Positions 23,845-25,264 of a stretch of 25,264 bases of DNA are shown in pieces. A model generated the notes under the pieces. The model had not been told where the DNA came from. It did not search any database and saw nothing but the letters and a program-made list of their open reading frames with translations. Positions within the stretch are counted from its first letter, which is position 1. Each line of letters begins with the position of its first letter. The translations under genes were made by a program, and so were the position numbers. The DNA comes from Fidelibacterota bacterium (GTDB lineage Bacteria > Fidelibacterota > Marinisomatia > Marinisomatales > S15-B10), in the NCBI GenBank assembly GCA_046861655.1, contig JBHIAI010000013.1, forward strand, positions 1 to 25,264, in the 5' to 3' direction.

Positions 23845-25264
23845 CTGCAGCGCCAGCAGGGAACTGGTCTGAACGATTTCGATCAAATGGGCCATGGTTG
23901 ACTTCATGACATCGAGAACGGGAGCCGGATAGATACCCAGTAGCACCACCAGGATGGCCAGGGGAACCAGGGTGAACAGTTCCCTTCCGTTGATTTCAGG
24001 AAGATCGGCGTATTTTTCGTTGAGTCTTCCCAGGAAGATTCTTTGGTAGGACCACAGGAAATAGGAGGCGTTGAGCAGAATCCCAAGGGTAGAAACGATG
24101 ACCACGGTCCTGTACACCGGAAACGCTCCGATAAAACACATGGCTTCACTGATGAACCCCGACAGGCCCGGCAGGCCCAGTCCAGCAAACCAGGCAAGGG
24201 CAACCACCCCGGCGTACACGGGCATCCGCACGGCCAGTCCCCCAAACCGGTCGATGTCCCGGTGATGGGCCCGGTCGTATATTACGCCCACCAGGATAAA
24301 CAGCATGGCAGTGATGGTGCCGTGGTTAAACATCTGGAGAACGGCTCCGTTCATCCCTGCCTGGGCGGCGGCCAGGTTCGTGCCGTGCCTCTCACCCGCC
24401 GCCACCACGGCGGCCATCCCCAGAAGAACGTATCCCATGTGGTTGATACTGGAGTACGCCACGAGTTTTTTCAGGTCCGTCTGGGCCAGGGCGCAGAGAG
24501 CCCCCCAGATAATATTAATCATAGCCAGAACGGCCAGGGCACCTGCGAACCAGACCGCGCCGTCGGGCAGCATGGGATAGCTGATTCGTAACATCCCGTA
24601 CGTTCCCATCTTCAGGAGAACGCCTGCCAGGATAACCGAAATAGCCGTGGGCGCTTCCACGTGGGCCAGAGGGAGCCAGGTGTGAAATGGAAAGATGGGA
24701 ACCTTGATGGCAAAGGTAATGAACAGAAGGATCCAGATAACCTTCAAAGCATCCAGCCCCCACCAGGTGAGTCCGGCCAGTCTCTCGGGAGCCAGGGCCA
24801 TGATCTGGATCATATCGAACGTCCGCCCGCAGGTGAAATACAGGGCCAGCATGGCAATGAGCATCAACACCGATCCCAACAGGGTATACAGAAAAAACTT
24901 GATGGCGGCGTATTCCTTCTGGGGACCTCCCCACATTCCGATGAGGAAGTACATGGGAAGGAGCATCACTTCCCAGAATATGTAGAACAGGAAGAAATCG
25001 AGGGACAGAAAGACACCAACCATCCCTGTATCCAGAAGAAGGAAAAGGGCGAAATACCCCTTTGCCGCCTTCTTGATATTCCAGCTCACGAACACCCCCA
25101 GGAAAGACAACAGGGCGGTCAGAAGAACCATGGGAAGACTCAGGCCATCCAGCCCAAGGAAATAATGGATGTTGAGCGACGGAATCCAGCTCAGCCTCTC
25201 CTGAAACTGAAAACCGACGTACGATTGATCAAACTGGGTCCACAGGATAACGGCCAACCACAGC
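23842..25264 (-). CDS. nuoM: NADH-quinone oxidoreductase subunit M paralog (upstream operon), 5' end outside window
   Basis: Frame open to the window edge; GLDGLS, FYIFWEVMLLPMYFLIG, KVPIFPFHTWLPLAHVEAPT, LLKMGTYG, QMFNHG, GLPGLSGFISE. Confidence 0.95.
   Translation of the reverse strand, partial: LWLAVILWTQFDQSYVGFQFQERLSWIPSLNIHYFLGLDGLSLPMVLLTALLSFLGVFVSWNIKKAAKGYFALFLLLDTGMVGVFLSLDFFLFYIFWEVMLLPMYFLIGMWGGPQKEYAAIKFFLYTLLGSVLMLIAMLALYFTCGRTFDMIQIMALAPERLAGLTWWGLDALKVIWILLFITFAIKVPIFPFHTWLPLAHVEAPTAISVILAGVLLKMGTYGMLRISYPMLPDGAVWFAGALAVLAMINIIWGALCALAQTDLKKLVAYSSINHMGYVLLGMAAVVAAGERHGTNLAAAQAGMNGAVLQMFNHGTITAMLFILVGVIYDRAHHRDIDRFGGLAVRMPVYAGVVALAWFAGLGLPGLSGFISEAMCFIGAFPVYRTVVIVSTLGILLNASYFLWSYQRIFLGRLNEKYADLPEINGRELFTLVPLAILVVLLGIYPAPVLDVMKSTMAHLIEIVQTSSLLALQ

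Noticed and set aside
15470..24591. Long plus-strand ORFs (e.g. 16966-18036, 18310-19170, 22443-23264)
   Set aside because: Antisense shadows of well-conserved nuo genes in GC-rich DNA, with no recognisable motifs.

Overview
Bacterial (probably FCB-superphylum-like; taxonomy is inference only) respiratory gene region, with essentially all genes on the minus strand. In transcription order (right to left): the 3' end of one complex I (nuo)-type operon (nuoM partial, nuoN); a complete second 14-subunit nuo operon (nuoA-M, an inserted IT-superfamily Na+/H+ antiporter-like gene, nuoN); pduO-type cob(I)alamin adenosyltransferase; YwiC-like membrane protein. A sigma70-type promoter with a palindromic operator then precedes an Rrf2 Fe-S regulator and an unusual nitrous-oxide-reduction cluster. 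That cluster encodes an EB_dh/DOMON heme-b protein, a CuA-cupredoxin fused to a NapH/NosH-like polyferredoxin membrane protein, a small anchored CuA protein, a SCO copper chaperone, a CuA lipoprotein and a strongly divergent, lipoprotein-type NosZ (1158 to the window edge). NosZ is absent from the supplied ORF track because it runs off the window. The most interesting object is this apparent cytochrome-c-free, multi-CuA electron route to a non-canonical N2O reductase.
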